Positions 51,504 through 64,000 of a stretch of 64,000 nucleotides of DNA are shown here, one piece after another (within the stretch, counting starts at the first letter, position 1; the number at the start of each line of letters is the position of its first letter). Both the position numbers and the translations under genes were made by a program. The notes under the pieces are model-generated. The model worked only from the letters and a program-made list of their open reading frames with translations, was not told where the DNA came from and made no database searches. The stretch covers positions 94,116,001 to 94,180,000 of the forward strand of contig NC_043001.1 of assembly GCF_006345805.1 (NCBI RefSeq), written 5' to 3'. Source of the stretch: Octopus sinensis (lineage: Eukaryota).

Positions 51504-54500
51504 CCGACCTCCGTCTCAACCAATACGCTATTCATTATAAGAGGTCGGCTCGTTCATTCTTCCAGTTCCCTTAGGGGTATTACAGACTCTCGCTACGACA
51601 TCTCCCTCTTTGAGATTGATTTCCGTTGGAAGTTAATATTATTATTTCTCTTTATTTCCCCTTCATCACTTGTCCTTTATTGAGATTTTCTTCCTAGGGA
51701 AATTGAATATTTTTTTTCCGTTTAGGCACTCCTTCGAAAAGTTCTCTTTGTTTCCTCCTTCTTGTGCTGCTATGCCTAGGTTCAATTTCTTGAGGTGTTG
51801 GAACATCAAAGGTGACAGAGAACACTTCCATGTATATCTCGTTTCTTTTTTCCGTATATCTATTTATTAGCTGATTTAACTGTCCTTTGAATTCCCATTT
51901 TCGTCTTTTATCATTTATATAATTTTGCCTATTCTTTTTGTTGCTACTCCGTCTTGCCAACCATGTATTCCACTTTTACGTAATTTGAAAAACACTTTGT
52001 CACCGACATTTAAATACTTTGTCGTATTCTTTTATTCTTTTCATCCTGTGGCCTTTTCCTCCCTATTCGTTTGTCGAAAATTGACTGTATTTTTCGAGCA
52101 ACTGTTATTTCCGCCTGAAAAAGTGTTTGGGTTTGGTGTTAACCTATAAACCCTCAAGAATTGTGTCAATGTTTCGTTATCGACTAGTTCATTTCAGGAT
52201 TTCTTTAATGCTCTTTTAAATGTATCCACAAACCTTTCTGCCTGTCCGTTTGATCTTGGGTGATAAGGAGGAGTAGTGATATGTTCCATTGAGTGCATCT
52301 TGCAAAAATTTTCAAACTCATTAGCCGTAAATTGCCTACCGTTATCGGAGACTATGGTATTAGGGACACCATACCTAGGAAAACACTTTGTGTAAAAATT
52401 CCACTGTTACTGTGGTAGTCGATTTTCTACGTTTACACATTTCTGGTCATTTAATAAAGCTATCAACCAATATTAGAGAATATGATCGGTTTAACGGTCC
52501 CGAGAAGGGTATGTGTAATCTGGACCAAAGAATATCTGCCTTAGGCCAAGGTTGAAATTTTATAGGCGGTGATTTCGCTGTAAGAGTACAAGGTCGGCAT
52601 GATATTACCAACTTCTCAATATCTAGATCCATTTTGCCCAGTAAACATAAGCGTTTTCATCCTAGAAGTTCCTCGATGTCCAGGGTGGTATTCCTTTACC
52701 ACACTGGATATCCAGGAAACCTTGTAGTGAGGTAGGCATTACGACCTTCTGTGCATACATAAGCACATTATCACATATCGAATACAAATTAGAAATTGTA
52801 TTACGTCCAGTTACACGCATTTTTTATTTGCTTCTTCGGATCTCACAATTTCTTTTTAATTAACTCATCCGTCTCTGTCTTATATTTTTATTTCCTCAAG
52901 CACAACATTGCAAAATATATTTTTTATTTCATTTCGGCTTTCAACGCTGTGTGTTTTGGTGGCTCATTTCATTTTGGTATTAACCTTGACAATCCATCTG
53001 CATGTGCAATTTTTGGGGGCGGCAAATACTCTATTTTGAAGTCGTAATTCAGTAGGCTCGTTCCCCAGCGCTGCAATCTGTTGGCTGTATGTGTGGGGAT
53101 GCGCGTTTTTGATCCATAGCTCAAGAATAATGAGCAGTCGGAAACTTCTTCCATGTATAAATTTATGGAATGTTTTTTAACCATAATTATGATGTATAAT
53201 GCGTCTATTTTTATTTTCTCAGTCGGCAATAATGAACGCAAAGCATGAGCTACTGCTTTCAGGCTACCATCTTCATATTTGTGTAAAATCACAGTTCCAG
53301 TACCATTTTCACAAGCATCTTTTGCCACTACTAATTCTAAATTCGAATCGAAATGTGATAACGACAATTCCGACGTTAAGGCGCTTTAAAGTTTTTCAAA
53401 AACGTTTTGGAATTTTCCGACAGGTTCTATTTAATGTCTTTTTTAAACATGTTATTCAGGGGTGCTCTTGAATCGAGTCTTCAATGTTTTCAATATCAAG
53501 TCTTAAATTTGTAATTCTCACGCATTCTTCAGCCACTGATTGTAGAGTTAATTTCTGGTCCTATTCTAATTTTGTTAATATACGAGAATATATATCAGCA
53601 TATTTTCTTGCAGTTAACCATTGAACAACAATTAGATATTTGAGCAAACCCTGAGTTAATTAATTTTATTTTAATTTTTCATACTGTCTGTCTGTTAACG
53701 TCCACAGCATAGGTGACGAAATCTTCATCATCTTTTTTAACTAAATTTAAGCACTACCAACGAGTATTGAACTGGGAACCCCTCTCACTGAAAATTCTCG
53801 ATGATAATTTGTTTCATCGAAATGAATCTCACCTGTTTTTTCGGCAAAATATAGTTGCAGTATTTTTCGTGTTCTGAAAGGGATAACTTTCTTAAAAATT
53901 GTCGCATCTTCTCGTAATTCCAATTTTTACATTCTTCTTTGATGATTTCTTCGTATCTTCTAAAGTATGCAGAATAAGTAGTACCTTCTGGGTTATAAAT
54001 AAATTCTCTAATTGAGTTTACTACGCCGTCTCATAAGATCGAACCCAAGATTGACCCGCCCGGATTGTTGGTGGAATTCGATGAACTGCCACCCGTAGTT
54101 GAACTCAGAGACGTAGAGACTTACATGAGGTATTAAAATGGAAAAAAAAAGAGTAAAATTGCTTTGTTGCATGAAGGAGAAAGGAAAAAGTAAAAGTTTT
54201 TCATGTAAAACAAAATGATTAAGAAAAAACAATAGAAAAATGGAACGATTGTAAATAGTGTGTATAAACGTTCAAATGGGGCCCATGCAGCCATTTCATT
54301 TTTTTTTTCATTTTTAGATAACATTTCATTCTCATTGGTTTTATGTTTTATATTTCCATTGAGGTGTTGTGTCTGTCTTTGTAGTGCCCCCTCTGTATTG
54401 TGGCCGTGGTGCCAAATACAGAAATTCTAACAAGAACGAACCTGAAGTATTTTCAGAATTCTTTACAGTAACTGTTGGTGTTTTTGTTGTTGTTGTTGTT

Positions 54501-54939
54501 GTTGTTGTAACTGCTGTTGTTGCAACTGCACCACACATGCCAATAAATCTTCCATGTTAATGATTTCTTCTTTGATTTCGTCCCCCCACCCACCACAAAA
54601 ACAAAATTAACGTGTGACGCAAGCTTCGAATATCTTGTCGTCACTTTTATACCGAAAGAAATCCCCCAGTGGCGTCAATTCTTCCAGTCTACCAGGGGTG
54701 TCAATGTCTCTCGCCACAATACGTGGTTAATTTTGCCTTTCTTCATTTCGTGTTTAGAGGCAAAATGTTTACCTATCCACATGAGTGGATGTGTAGAAAC
54801 ATTAGACCAAGAGGTTGAGTGTATTTTAGTAATTTATACGGATTTTATGCTCTGAGTTCTGAGGTTGCAGAGTTAATCAGTATCCGGGAGTAACATCATC
54901 TGATCTTCAAGTATGTTTGATAGAAGACCTCTTACCCGC

Positions 54940-55375
54940 CGATCTTTTCGGTTTGAACGGCAGTTTTTAAAAATAATTTCCACGTAACTAAACACTTTTA
55001 AACTTTGTATACAGGTAGAATGCTTTTATAAAACATCTTTTATTGAGAAAATTCTATAGTTTGTAAGATATTTGTTGTTTTTGTCTTCAATTTCTGCAAT
55101 TTTAACCAATCAATGACATCTATTGAGGTAAAAAAAACATTCTGTGCCGTATGAATATGTCCCTCGTTTAAGAAACAGATTGGGTTTATTTAAATATGTG
55201 AAGAATAAAATATACCCTTTCCCCCACCCGAACACCAACCCTGACCCTAACTAACCCTAACAAACCCTAACACTAAAACAGATTGAAATGCAATAGATCG
55301 ATACTAGGGTCATAATTATGGGTGACAATTTCACATGAGACCGCTAGAAAACTGCCGTTGAAACCGAAAAGATCC
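54940..55375. mobile_element. MITE, same family as 41859-42267, opposite orientation, 9-bp TSD
   Basis: Same TIRs; TSD cttacccgc at 54931-54939 and 55376-55384. Confidence 0.88.
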
Positions 55376-55380
55376 CTTAC

Positions 55381-55443
55381 CCGCTTGTGCTTGTAGCACA
55401 GACCTCTAATTTGAAATGAACTCCCGCTCTTTATACAATCAGT
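55381..55443 (-). CDS. Candidate 63-nt exon (phase 0-0)
   Basis: Acceptor tttatatttttccag|, donor CGG|gtaag; the only open frame is TDCIKSGSSFQIRGLCYKHKR. Confidence 0.4.
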
Positions 55444-58135
55444 CTGGAAAAATATAAATTGCCATGTACGCTTCACTTTATTTGCAGCCTTAGATTTAAT
55501 ACATTAACGACATGTGATACAGAAGAGCTAACTTGTATTCCACGCTTCAATCAATTATTAGTAAAATTTGCAAGTTGTATATTGTCTGTTATTTCGATAT
55601 TATTGATACTGTTCTAAGATAATGCCTCCGTACTTTATATGCTACTCATGTCGTCATATAATCGATCATTTCAAAGGAGAATAATTGACTGATGTTCTTT
55701 ATAGGGAGATGAGCACTGATCGATTAAGCCTATGATAGAACGTGTTCTTGTATACCGCTTTCGAGTTTCCCATGCCTGATGTACTCAAGAACTTATTATA
55801 TAATGATGTGTACATATTTTAAAGCGGATAGTGGGTGATTTGCACGCTATTTCAAAGATTTCGTTCTACCGCTAAATATTTTTTCTCTGTTGAAATCAGT
55901 CATAATTTTCTTTGATGTCTGGTTCTTCCGATTCGATTGTTAATGAGCTTTAACAGAAATTTTGTAGCATCCGTTAAAGATTTTAGTATTAGGAATAATT
56001 TCAAACAAAAAATTGAAAATAAACGATAAAACTTAGTGAATTAATTGTTACAAGTTATAGTATAAGAATGACCATATGTATTTCAACTACGAATATTTAA
56101 CAAAGTTACTGCCAGATGCTGGACAACTTCTACACAGCATTAATTTAAGCTCTTCGTGTGTGTGTGTGATGTGTGTTTGTGTGTGTGTGGGTGCTTGGGT
56201 GTGCGTGTAATTTCTGTGTTCTAATCACAAGGAGATCAATATCGACTTTCACTCGACGGCGTTAAATCACGGAGACGATAGCATTCTCTTTTGGAAACTG
56301 TAGCAGACTTCATGGGAATTTCTTTCAGCCTTCCTTACTCTCTACCACGAATTGTGGGAAGCTCTACCGTGTTAGAAATTTCGTTTAATGAAACCAAGGT
56401 AAATCTCAACAAATCTCATGATGTATTCCTAGTCACACTATGCCTGGAAAAATAAAGGCATTGCTATGGTAAACGTCCTTAAATCTTTCATGCTAGACCG
56501 AGGAACAAGAAGAAAAACACCAACGGAATGACAAATTTAAACGCTATCACTAGAACAACAGCGACAGTGACTGTTATTGATGGCGCAACATGTCAACCAT
56601 AATGGAGTTGAATTCTACATTTTCCGTCTGAATTTCTATATTTCGTTCTTTTCCAATCATTTTAGTTCTCATATTCTTTTTTATATTTGATTATTTATAT
56701 CACTGGTGTAACTCTATTCCTTCAACTGCCTTTGTTCAAAATTTTCGTCCACTTCATACTTCTATCTCTACATTACATCCTCCATGTTCTTCCAGTTCCT
56801 TGAATTTGACACAACGTTTTTTTTTTATTCTCTTACTTTACCACCTCTCCCCTAATAAACTTTAGCATTTCATAAATCTGATTTTGCTTTCCATCAAATA
56901 TATTTTAATGAATATTTTTCTTATCTTTGTTGATATTGTTGATCTTATTGTAGTTGCTACTGATGTTAATGTTGTTGTGGAGCTGCTGCTTCTTCTTCCT
57001 CTTCTTCTTCTTTTTCTTCTTCTTCTTCTGTTTTTTTTCCTTTCCTCTTTTCGACCGTTCAAAAATTATCGCTCTTAATTCGTTTGAAATGTACGGTCAT
57101 CCATGAAATTGAAAGCACATGCCCTCCGTTTTCGAATTAATTACGAGGTGCATTTATCAATTTCCGTCCAGTTATTCAGCCAAGGCGCTCCCAGTTAGCT
57201 TTCAACGAAGTCTAGCGTATTTGTTAATATTTACTCATCACATTTTCTAATCTCCGAATTTATTATTATTTTATTAAACGTTTAACACATTAGCACATGA
57301 TGACACATGACACCAATGAACTGAAAGTATGTAAAGATACAACAAAATACGAAAATACAGACAGGGTAGCGTGTTACAATAGTGGGAATTGAATGGTGTT
57401 AAATACTGGGTTTGCAAACAATACAGAAACATTTGTGATGGTACGAATGATTGCTTGTAAATTATACGTGCATACACATGCAAATACGTGTGTGTAGACA
57501 TGTATACAGGGGGAAAGCGATAAAGAGAGAGAAGGAGAAGTATGGAGTAAGAAAATAATTTATAGTCCAAGTCCAAAATCATTTGTGTCAACGTCATCAA
57601 ATTCAATATCTAATTTCCAGTTAGTTGCAGGGGTCCTGATTGTTACAAAACTACAACATCAGTCACGTCCCTACACAAAAGCTTGTAAAACAATTTTTAG
57701 GACCAACAACGAATGTGATCATATGCATATCTGATTAAACATATGCATACATACACACACATACAGCCATCAAACAGAGAGATACACACGGACACAGTTA
57801 CATAGACAGAGACATGCCAGCTTGACTTAATTCGTCCTTAGTCAAAAGACAAAAGTTGTTATGTCCTGTTATTTGTATTTTTGTAACATTCCCTATTTTT
57901 TCTGTCCTTGTTTTCGCATACATTCGCTGCTTTCTCCCAAGGAATCTATTGATTTTAGCTTAGTTTTTCCTTAGGGCTGGCCAGATTGGAGTAATCGCGA
58001 GTATAACCAGCCGAAATTGAAAAGATAATCTTGAACTTGACAAAGGAAAGAAAGCTCTGAACGATCCGTCTTTGTTTTCTTTGTATCGTCTATCTGGATG
58101 TTTTGCGTACTAGTCCCATTTTGTATTTATCAAGA

Positions 58136-58774
58136 TCTATAAATCTGAAATGCTAAAAGTTTGTTTGTCTGGTTTTGGCATTGTAACAGATTGAAGGGCA
58201 CTAAATCCCATCGGATTCGCTCCGAAATTTACAGGGACATGTAAAATGAGGTGAGGATATGAGTGGGCTAGGTTAGAAATCCCTATCTCAAAAGCTGTGG
58301 TTACTAGGGCAAAAAACCCACACTTTGACAAGTCTTTTTTCGTTACTCTCATTCTCTTATATGCCTGTCTTCCTCCAGCTGTCTCTCTTTCCTCCCTTCC
58401 CTTCACTTTCTCTCTATAACGACGTGTGACAGATCAACTATATTTCCCCCGCCGCCTTCGCCAACGCCCTCACTATTTCTCTCATATCCCCCTCTCTCTC
58501 TCTCTCTACGTCTGTCTGCATTCATAGAGAGAATTATTATCGCCACCAGGACCACCACATAATCATGAGAACAAATATTTGTTCTCATGATTGTGTGGTG
58601 GTGGTGGTGATAATTATTGGGCTAATTTTTATATGTGTGTGTTCTATATAGAAATATGTATATATAATGCGTATATACAAAGTGTATATATCTGTATTTA
58701 TATATATATATAATTTGTATACATTTGTATATATAATGCGTACACACAAACACATGTATATATATACTGCGTAC

Positions 58775-58811
<37 letters not shown>

Positions 58812-59560
58812 ATAAAATGTGCACAAGGTTGAGCTGAAAATATGCACATCTATGTTAAATGTGCTGGCGAGTTTGCATGACAACTATTTTTTCCTCAAAT
58901 GAAAGGCGTGACTTCTAAGACAAAATTCCTTATCTTATAAAATGTGGCCCGAGTAGACCCGGATGAAATCGGGTTATATTAACCAAAATGTGAAAAGGGG
59001 TCTAAATGGGGCTGGAAGGGGGTTAAAAGTTACGGGAGCGGGTGTTTAGGAATATTCTTTTAAATCAAGTTCAAAATTTTACGCCAGTCGTTAAACTGCC
59101 ACGACGTTGCTGTCCTTCGTTAAGAAATGCCAGCCATGGTGACTCTACTATCCTCAGATTCTATCTCTTCAAACTTTGGTTTCTAATATTAAAATTTTTT
59201 TTATTCAGCTCGCAAGTTCGTCTGTCCCTTTTAAAGTTTAGTGTCTTGCTGTCTGCCTTGAAGCAGACATTTCCGTTGTCACTGCCTGATATTTATGATT
59301 GATCTTTCAAAATGTTTTCTTTCTCAAGTTACTCAAGATCTTTTGTTGTTTATAAATGGGAGAGAGATAGATAGAGAAAAATAGAGAGTAAGAGAAAGCG
59401 AGGGAGAGTCCGAGACAAGGAAGAGTAAGAGAGTGGGAAAGTGAAAGATAAAGGAGAGAGAAACAAAGAGGGAGAATGTGGTAATAAAAAACAGAAAGGA
59501 AGCAACAGAGAGCAACAACCACACTCTTACCCGCGCATAGAGCGTGTCAACTTAAACTAG
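58136..59560 (+). mobile_element. Probable non-autonomous Helitron
   Basis: Begins A|TCTATAAATCTGAAATG.., ends with an imperfect GC hairpin (acccgcgcatagagcgtgt, 59529-59547) then CTAG|T. Fits the Helitron rule of 5'-TC, 3'-CTRR and an AT target. Confidence 0.6.
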
Positions 59561-61843
59561 TATATATATATAGATATATATATATACGCACGTCATTTCA
59601 CTAATATTATAAAGTCTGACACACAGCGACTATATGACTATGCGGAATACAACCATTAAAAGCATTATATTTTATGTAAATTTTTAAAAACCTGACACAA
59701 CAACGTTGTGCCTCTTGTAGAATGGAATATATAAAACGGTTCTCTAGTAATAACTCCTTGAACACAACCAGCCCTAATATTTGAACAATATGCTATCTCA
59801 TTATTGTATCCATGTTTGTTCCACAGAGATTGAACCTACCAAACTACATGTAACAGTAGAAACATTTTTATAACATATATCATAGTCAAACAAAAGCAAT
59901 ATCTTTTCTTTGCAAGATAAAATATCTTACAGATCACAAACAACACCTCAATAACTTATAGAGTTTATACAGAAAGTAAAACAATTAATAATGATAAAAA
60001 AAAATACTCCCTCAGAGAATTAACTGGCATCCTGTTGTTCGGTCATATACAGAAAAAATATTGTTTTCTGTTAACCTTATACGGATAAAGAAATTAATGT
60101 TATATCAAGTTCAATATTTCATCATCCATCAGATAATTTACAAAATAAATATATGAATAAACAGATAAATAAATAAAACACGAGAGGAAACCAAATAAAG
60201 TATACACATTAAAATAAATACGTAAAATTAATAAAGACACTAGATAACATGATAAATTCAGTGATTGCAAACCATTATTTCTTTCTTGTTTCTACCCACT
60301 TCACATCATTACCGTTGTATTTCAAATGTAAGTCTATATGATTATACGATGGAGTTTATTTCAAGCATACACATATACAAACACAGGCATATGCAGACAT
60401 ACCCATAAATAACCATTATCATAATATCCATCAATAGAGAACAAACACTCCTAAACGCGTATATTATTTATCCCCACAAGCTGTACCATAATACAAAATA
60501 GAAAAAAAAAACGACAATGTAACAACAATAATAATAGCAATAATAATAATAGGAAAACGATGTGGATGATGATGATGATGATGATACGACACTTATGGCC
60601 TTGATGATTATTTTAATGATGGTGACGATTTGTAATAGGCAAAAAAAAAAGCAATAGATTCGGTGTAGGGTTCCTCAGTTCAATTCCTCTTAATTACTTG
60701 ACTATTTGATGAACTCAAGACGAATGTAAAGTAAAATCGACTCCAATTGGACTGAATTTAGTTTCTAGCGCAAGAAACTCGAACAAATATACAAGAAATA
60801 TTCGGTCTGTCCACCACCGTTTGAATTGATGCTTTACACTAGAAAAACACCCTCAATTTGTGAAAGCGCGCAGGTACTATAATTTACCTAGTGATTCGTT
60901 AGCATCTTATTTTATCGAGAGATAGTATTCCCACAGTAGTGGAGCCTGAGTTTTGTCTGTTCTTTTTCAGTATTTCAGTAATCGAACTAGCAGCCTCCTT
61001 TATAGCTGTACATTCGAGTACATTGTATATTATTTGCCTAAATCACAAATTTACACCGTGATGAATTTTAGAACTCAGATCGTGATAACTATTAATATAA
61101 AAAAAAACAAAGAATTTCTAACCCCTTCACAATTCTGCCCATGCATTGTTGTGCAGCACATAGACGGGAAACGTAGCAGGAAAACAATCAATATTAAATG
61201 AAACATAATCCCTCACGTCTATTTCACAAAAAAGTTTCATTCCAAACTGCAATCTCTAAATTACAGTTATCAACTATACTTCTAATTTCTAGATGGGAAG
61301 CATCTGCAAATGCAAAGTTGCAATTCATTGGGTAATACGTGTTAAACGATCTAATCAATTCTCAATTGTACATGTGTGAGATTCTACGGTGTTTTTATAT
61401 AATTTTTGCGAACGTTTATCTGAGGTACATTTTGTCAGCCATATTGTCAGAATGATCCCAAAACGTATTATTAAAACTCAGTGGTTGTAACAAAGAGACT
61501 GCTATAACAGATAGAACGCATTCAGCAATAATAAAGAATCTCAATCTTCTTGTAATCGACTTACGTGCCCCTAAGAATATTGCTGACCTTGTGCTAAAAT
61601 TTGAAACCAATAATATATAATCAACAACAGGAAACAACCTATAAGCAATAATGAAAACAAAATTCTCCAACTCACGATATTTATTCGACAGTAAAAAATA
61701 TAATGGAACACAAAAACATACACACACACACATATATATATATATATTTCAGTATATATGTGTGTATTTATATACATGCATGCATACATACGTACGTACA
61801 TACATATATGCATGCACACATACATACATGCACACATACATGC

Positions 61844-61874
<31 letters not shown>

Positions 61875-62059
61875 TATACATTTATATAAAGGAAATATAC
61901 ATACATATGTATATAAGTAAAAATATATATTGACCATTATTTTAAAAGTTCATATATATATATGCATACATATACATATACATACATCTATACATATATA
62001 TATATTCATACATGCATGCACACACACACGCACACACACATATATATATACATGCATAC

Positions 62060-62104
<45 letters not shown>

Positions 62105-62107
<3 letters not shown>

Positions 62108-62458
62108 TTATATATAGAGGGCATTATACATACATGCCAGACGGCATTATACATACATGCCAAACGCTAAGAGGGACAATCAGTCATTTCTACCAAAAAT
62201 ATTACTAATCCCACCGAATGCAATTTTTCAAAGTAAGACATTTAAAAATATAGACCTGTATCACAGTGATTTCATACTTACGTAAGTATGAAATCACTGT
62301 GATACAGGTCTATATTTTTAAATGTCTTACTTTGAAAAATTGCATTCGGTGGGATTAGTAATATTTTTGGTAGAAATGACTGATTGTCCCTCTTAGCGTT
62401 TGGCATGTATGTATAATGCCGTCTGGCATGTATGTATAATGCCCTCTATATATAAATT
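62105..62458. repeat. 354-bp palindrome with no spacer
   Basis: 177-bp arms centred at ttac|gtaa (62281/62282); no mismatch seen by eye. Confidence 0.95.
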
Positions 62459-62572
62459 AATATGTCCAATAAGAATAATTATTTTCGAAATTTTTTCTCT
62501 TATGAGGTTTTTACGCTATCTACCTGACAATTTCTTGTTAAGTTTTCCTTATTAAGTAGTTGCCCTTAATTG

Positions 62573-62619
<47 letters not shown>

Positions 62620-62639
62620 AGATGTATACACACACACAC

Positions 62640-62672
<33 letters not shown>

Positions 62673-63169
62673 CTCAGAGTTCAATTTTTATTTGTAATAC
62701 ATACGAAGAAGAAAAAAATAAAAGTATCGCTGATTAATAGGTTGAAGTGTTTCAGACGGATCATTTCATTAAAATATATGGGAAAACGGAGAGAAAATAG
62801 CAGGATAAAGGAGTATCATCAGCATTAACAAAAAGAATTTCACCAACAGGCCAAAAATATAGAAGACACAAACACAGGCACACACGCAGACGCACACAGA
62901 CACGCATGCACACACTGACACTCATACGTAGACACACGCCTAAGCGCGCTCACACAAAACCAGTCATACACACACATACGCACAACAAATGATATCTCTT
63001 CAAATAGAAACTAATAAGAAAAAAATATTTCATACAAAATACAAATTATTTGGAAGTTATATTTTATTAAAATGTTTTCACGGGAAACGAGATAATATCA
63101 ACAGCAATGGACACTCAGGAATATGTGCATGCACATACAACACATTCATATGTACAGGTTATAAATGCA

Positions 63170-63237
63170 GGCATTTATATATATAATATATATAGTATAT
63201 ATATATATGTGTGTATACATATATATACATATATTAT

Positions 63238-63268
<31 letters not shown>

Positions 63269-63511
63269 TATATATGTATATTATATATATATGTGTATAT
63301 ATATGTATATTATATATGTATATATATATGTATATATATATGTATATATATATGTATATATATATATGTATATATATATGTATATATATTGTATATATAT
63401 ATGTAATATATATTATATATATATGTATTATATATATATATATGTATATATATATGTAATATATATGTATATATATATGTATATATATATACATATACAT
63501 GTATATATATA

Positions 63512-63542
<31 letters not shown>

Positions 63543-63943
63543 ATGTATATATATATTATATATTATGTATATATATATGTATATATATATGTATATATAA
63601 TGTATATATATATATATACATGTATATATATATAATATACATATATTTATATATATAATATATATAACATGTATATATATATATACATATATTATATATA
63701 TATATAATATACATATATTATATATATACATATACATGTATATATATATATATATATAATATATATATACATGTATATATATAAATATACATATATTTAT
63801 GTATATATATATATATATATTACATGTATATATATAAATATACATATATTTATATATATATAATATATATACATGTATATATATAAATATACATATATTT
63901 ATATATATATATATATATACATATATTTATATATATATATATA

Positions 63944-63979
<36 letters not shown>

Positions 63980-64000
63980 ATGTGAGTATGTATGTATGTG
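63170..64000. repeat. Long compound (TA)n/(TATG)n/(TG)n microsatellite
   Basis: Directly visible. Confidence 0.95.

Larger units (their letters stand above)
48067..54012 (-). mobile_element. Internally deleted Ty3/Gypsy LTR retrotransposon, 3' LTR interrupted by ORF1-only elements
   Basis: gag remnant (YFRRYEEIIKEEC..ILTKLE..KLTLQSVAEEC, about 53480-54012); RNase H (VVAKDACENGTGTVILHK, about 52970-53370); integrase (WSRLHI..ILVDSF, VSDNGRQF, YHPRSNGQAERFV). PPT aaagagggaga at 51601-51611, then LTR start TGTCG at 51600; LTR end near 48067 is approximate. Confidence 0.75.

Noticed and set aside
56200-56450. Strong minus-strand acceptor (ctttatttttccag|) near 56445
   Set aside because: All three frames close quickly and no donor is evident; at best UTR.
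57840-58134. Repeat-like segment with ggctgg..ccagccGAAA resembling a hammerhead half
   Set aside because: No CTGANGA core upstream of the stem in this copy.

Overview
AT-rich, repeat-dense eukaryotic DNA. The SINE, LINE and microsatellite mix is of the type seen in octopus genomes (inference; species not verified). There are no prokaryotic features, and most long ORFs in the track are (TA)n/(TG)n artefacts. Supported content: at least four tRNA-derived SINE families; decayed CR1-, Tx1- and R4/Dong-type LINE fragments; an internally deleted Ty3/Gypsy element; a mariner derivative; two copies of a MITE; a probable non-autonomous Helitron; and a few candidate exons of an unidentified minus-strand host gene. 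Two things stand out. (1) Two adjacent fold-back elements (42668-46377 and 46667-47197) carry outward-facing hammerhead-ribozyme motifs in both arms, and a family of short repeats carries a related motif, pointing to Penelope-like or retrozyme-like elements without any coding sequence. (2) Three ORF1-only retroelements encode an RRM-like plus CCHC-knuckle protein, have target-site duplications (TSDs) and no reverse transcriptase. The two at 48-51 kb share their 3' tail with a SINE family. A 354-bp zero-spacer palindrome lies at 62105-62458. All calls are by eye; no database searches were run.
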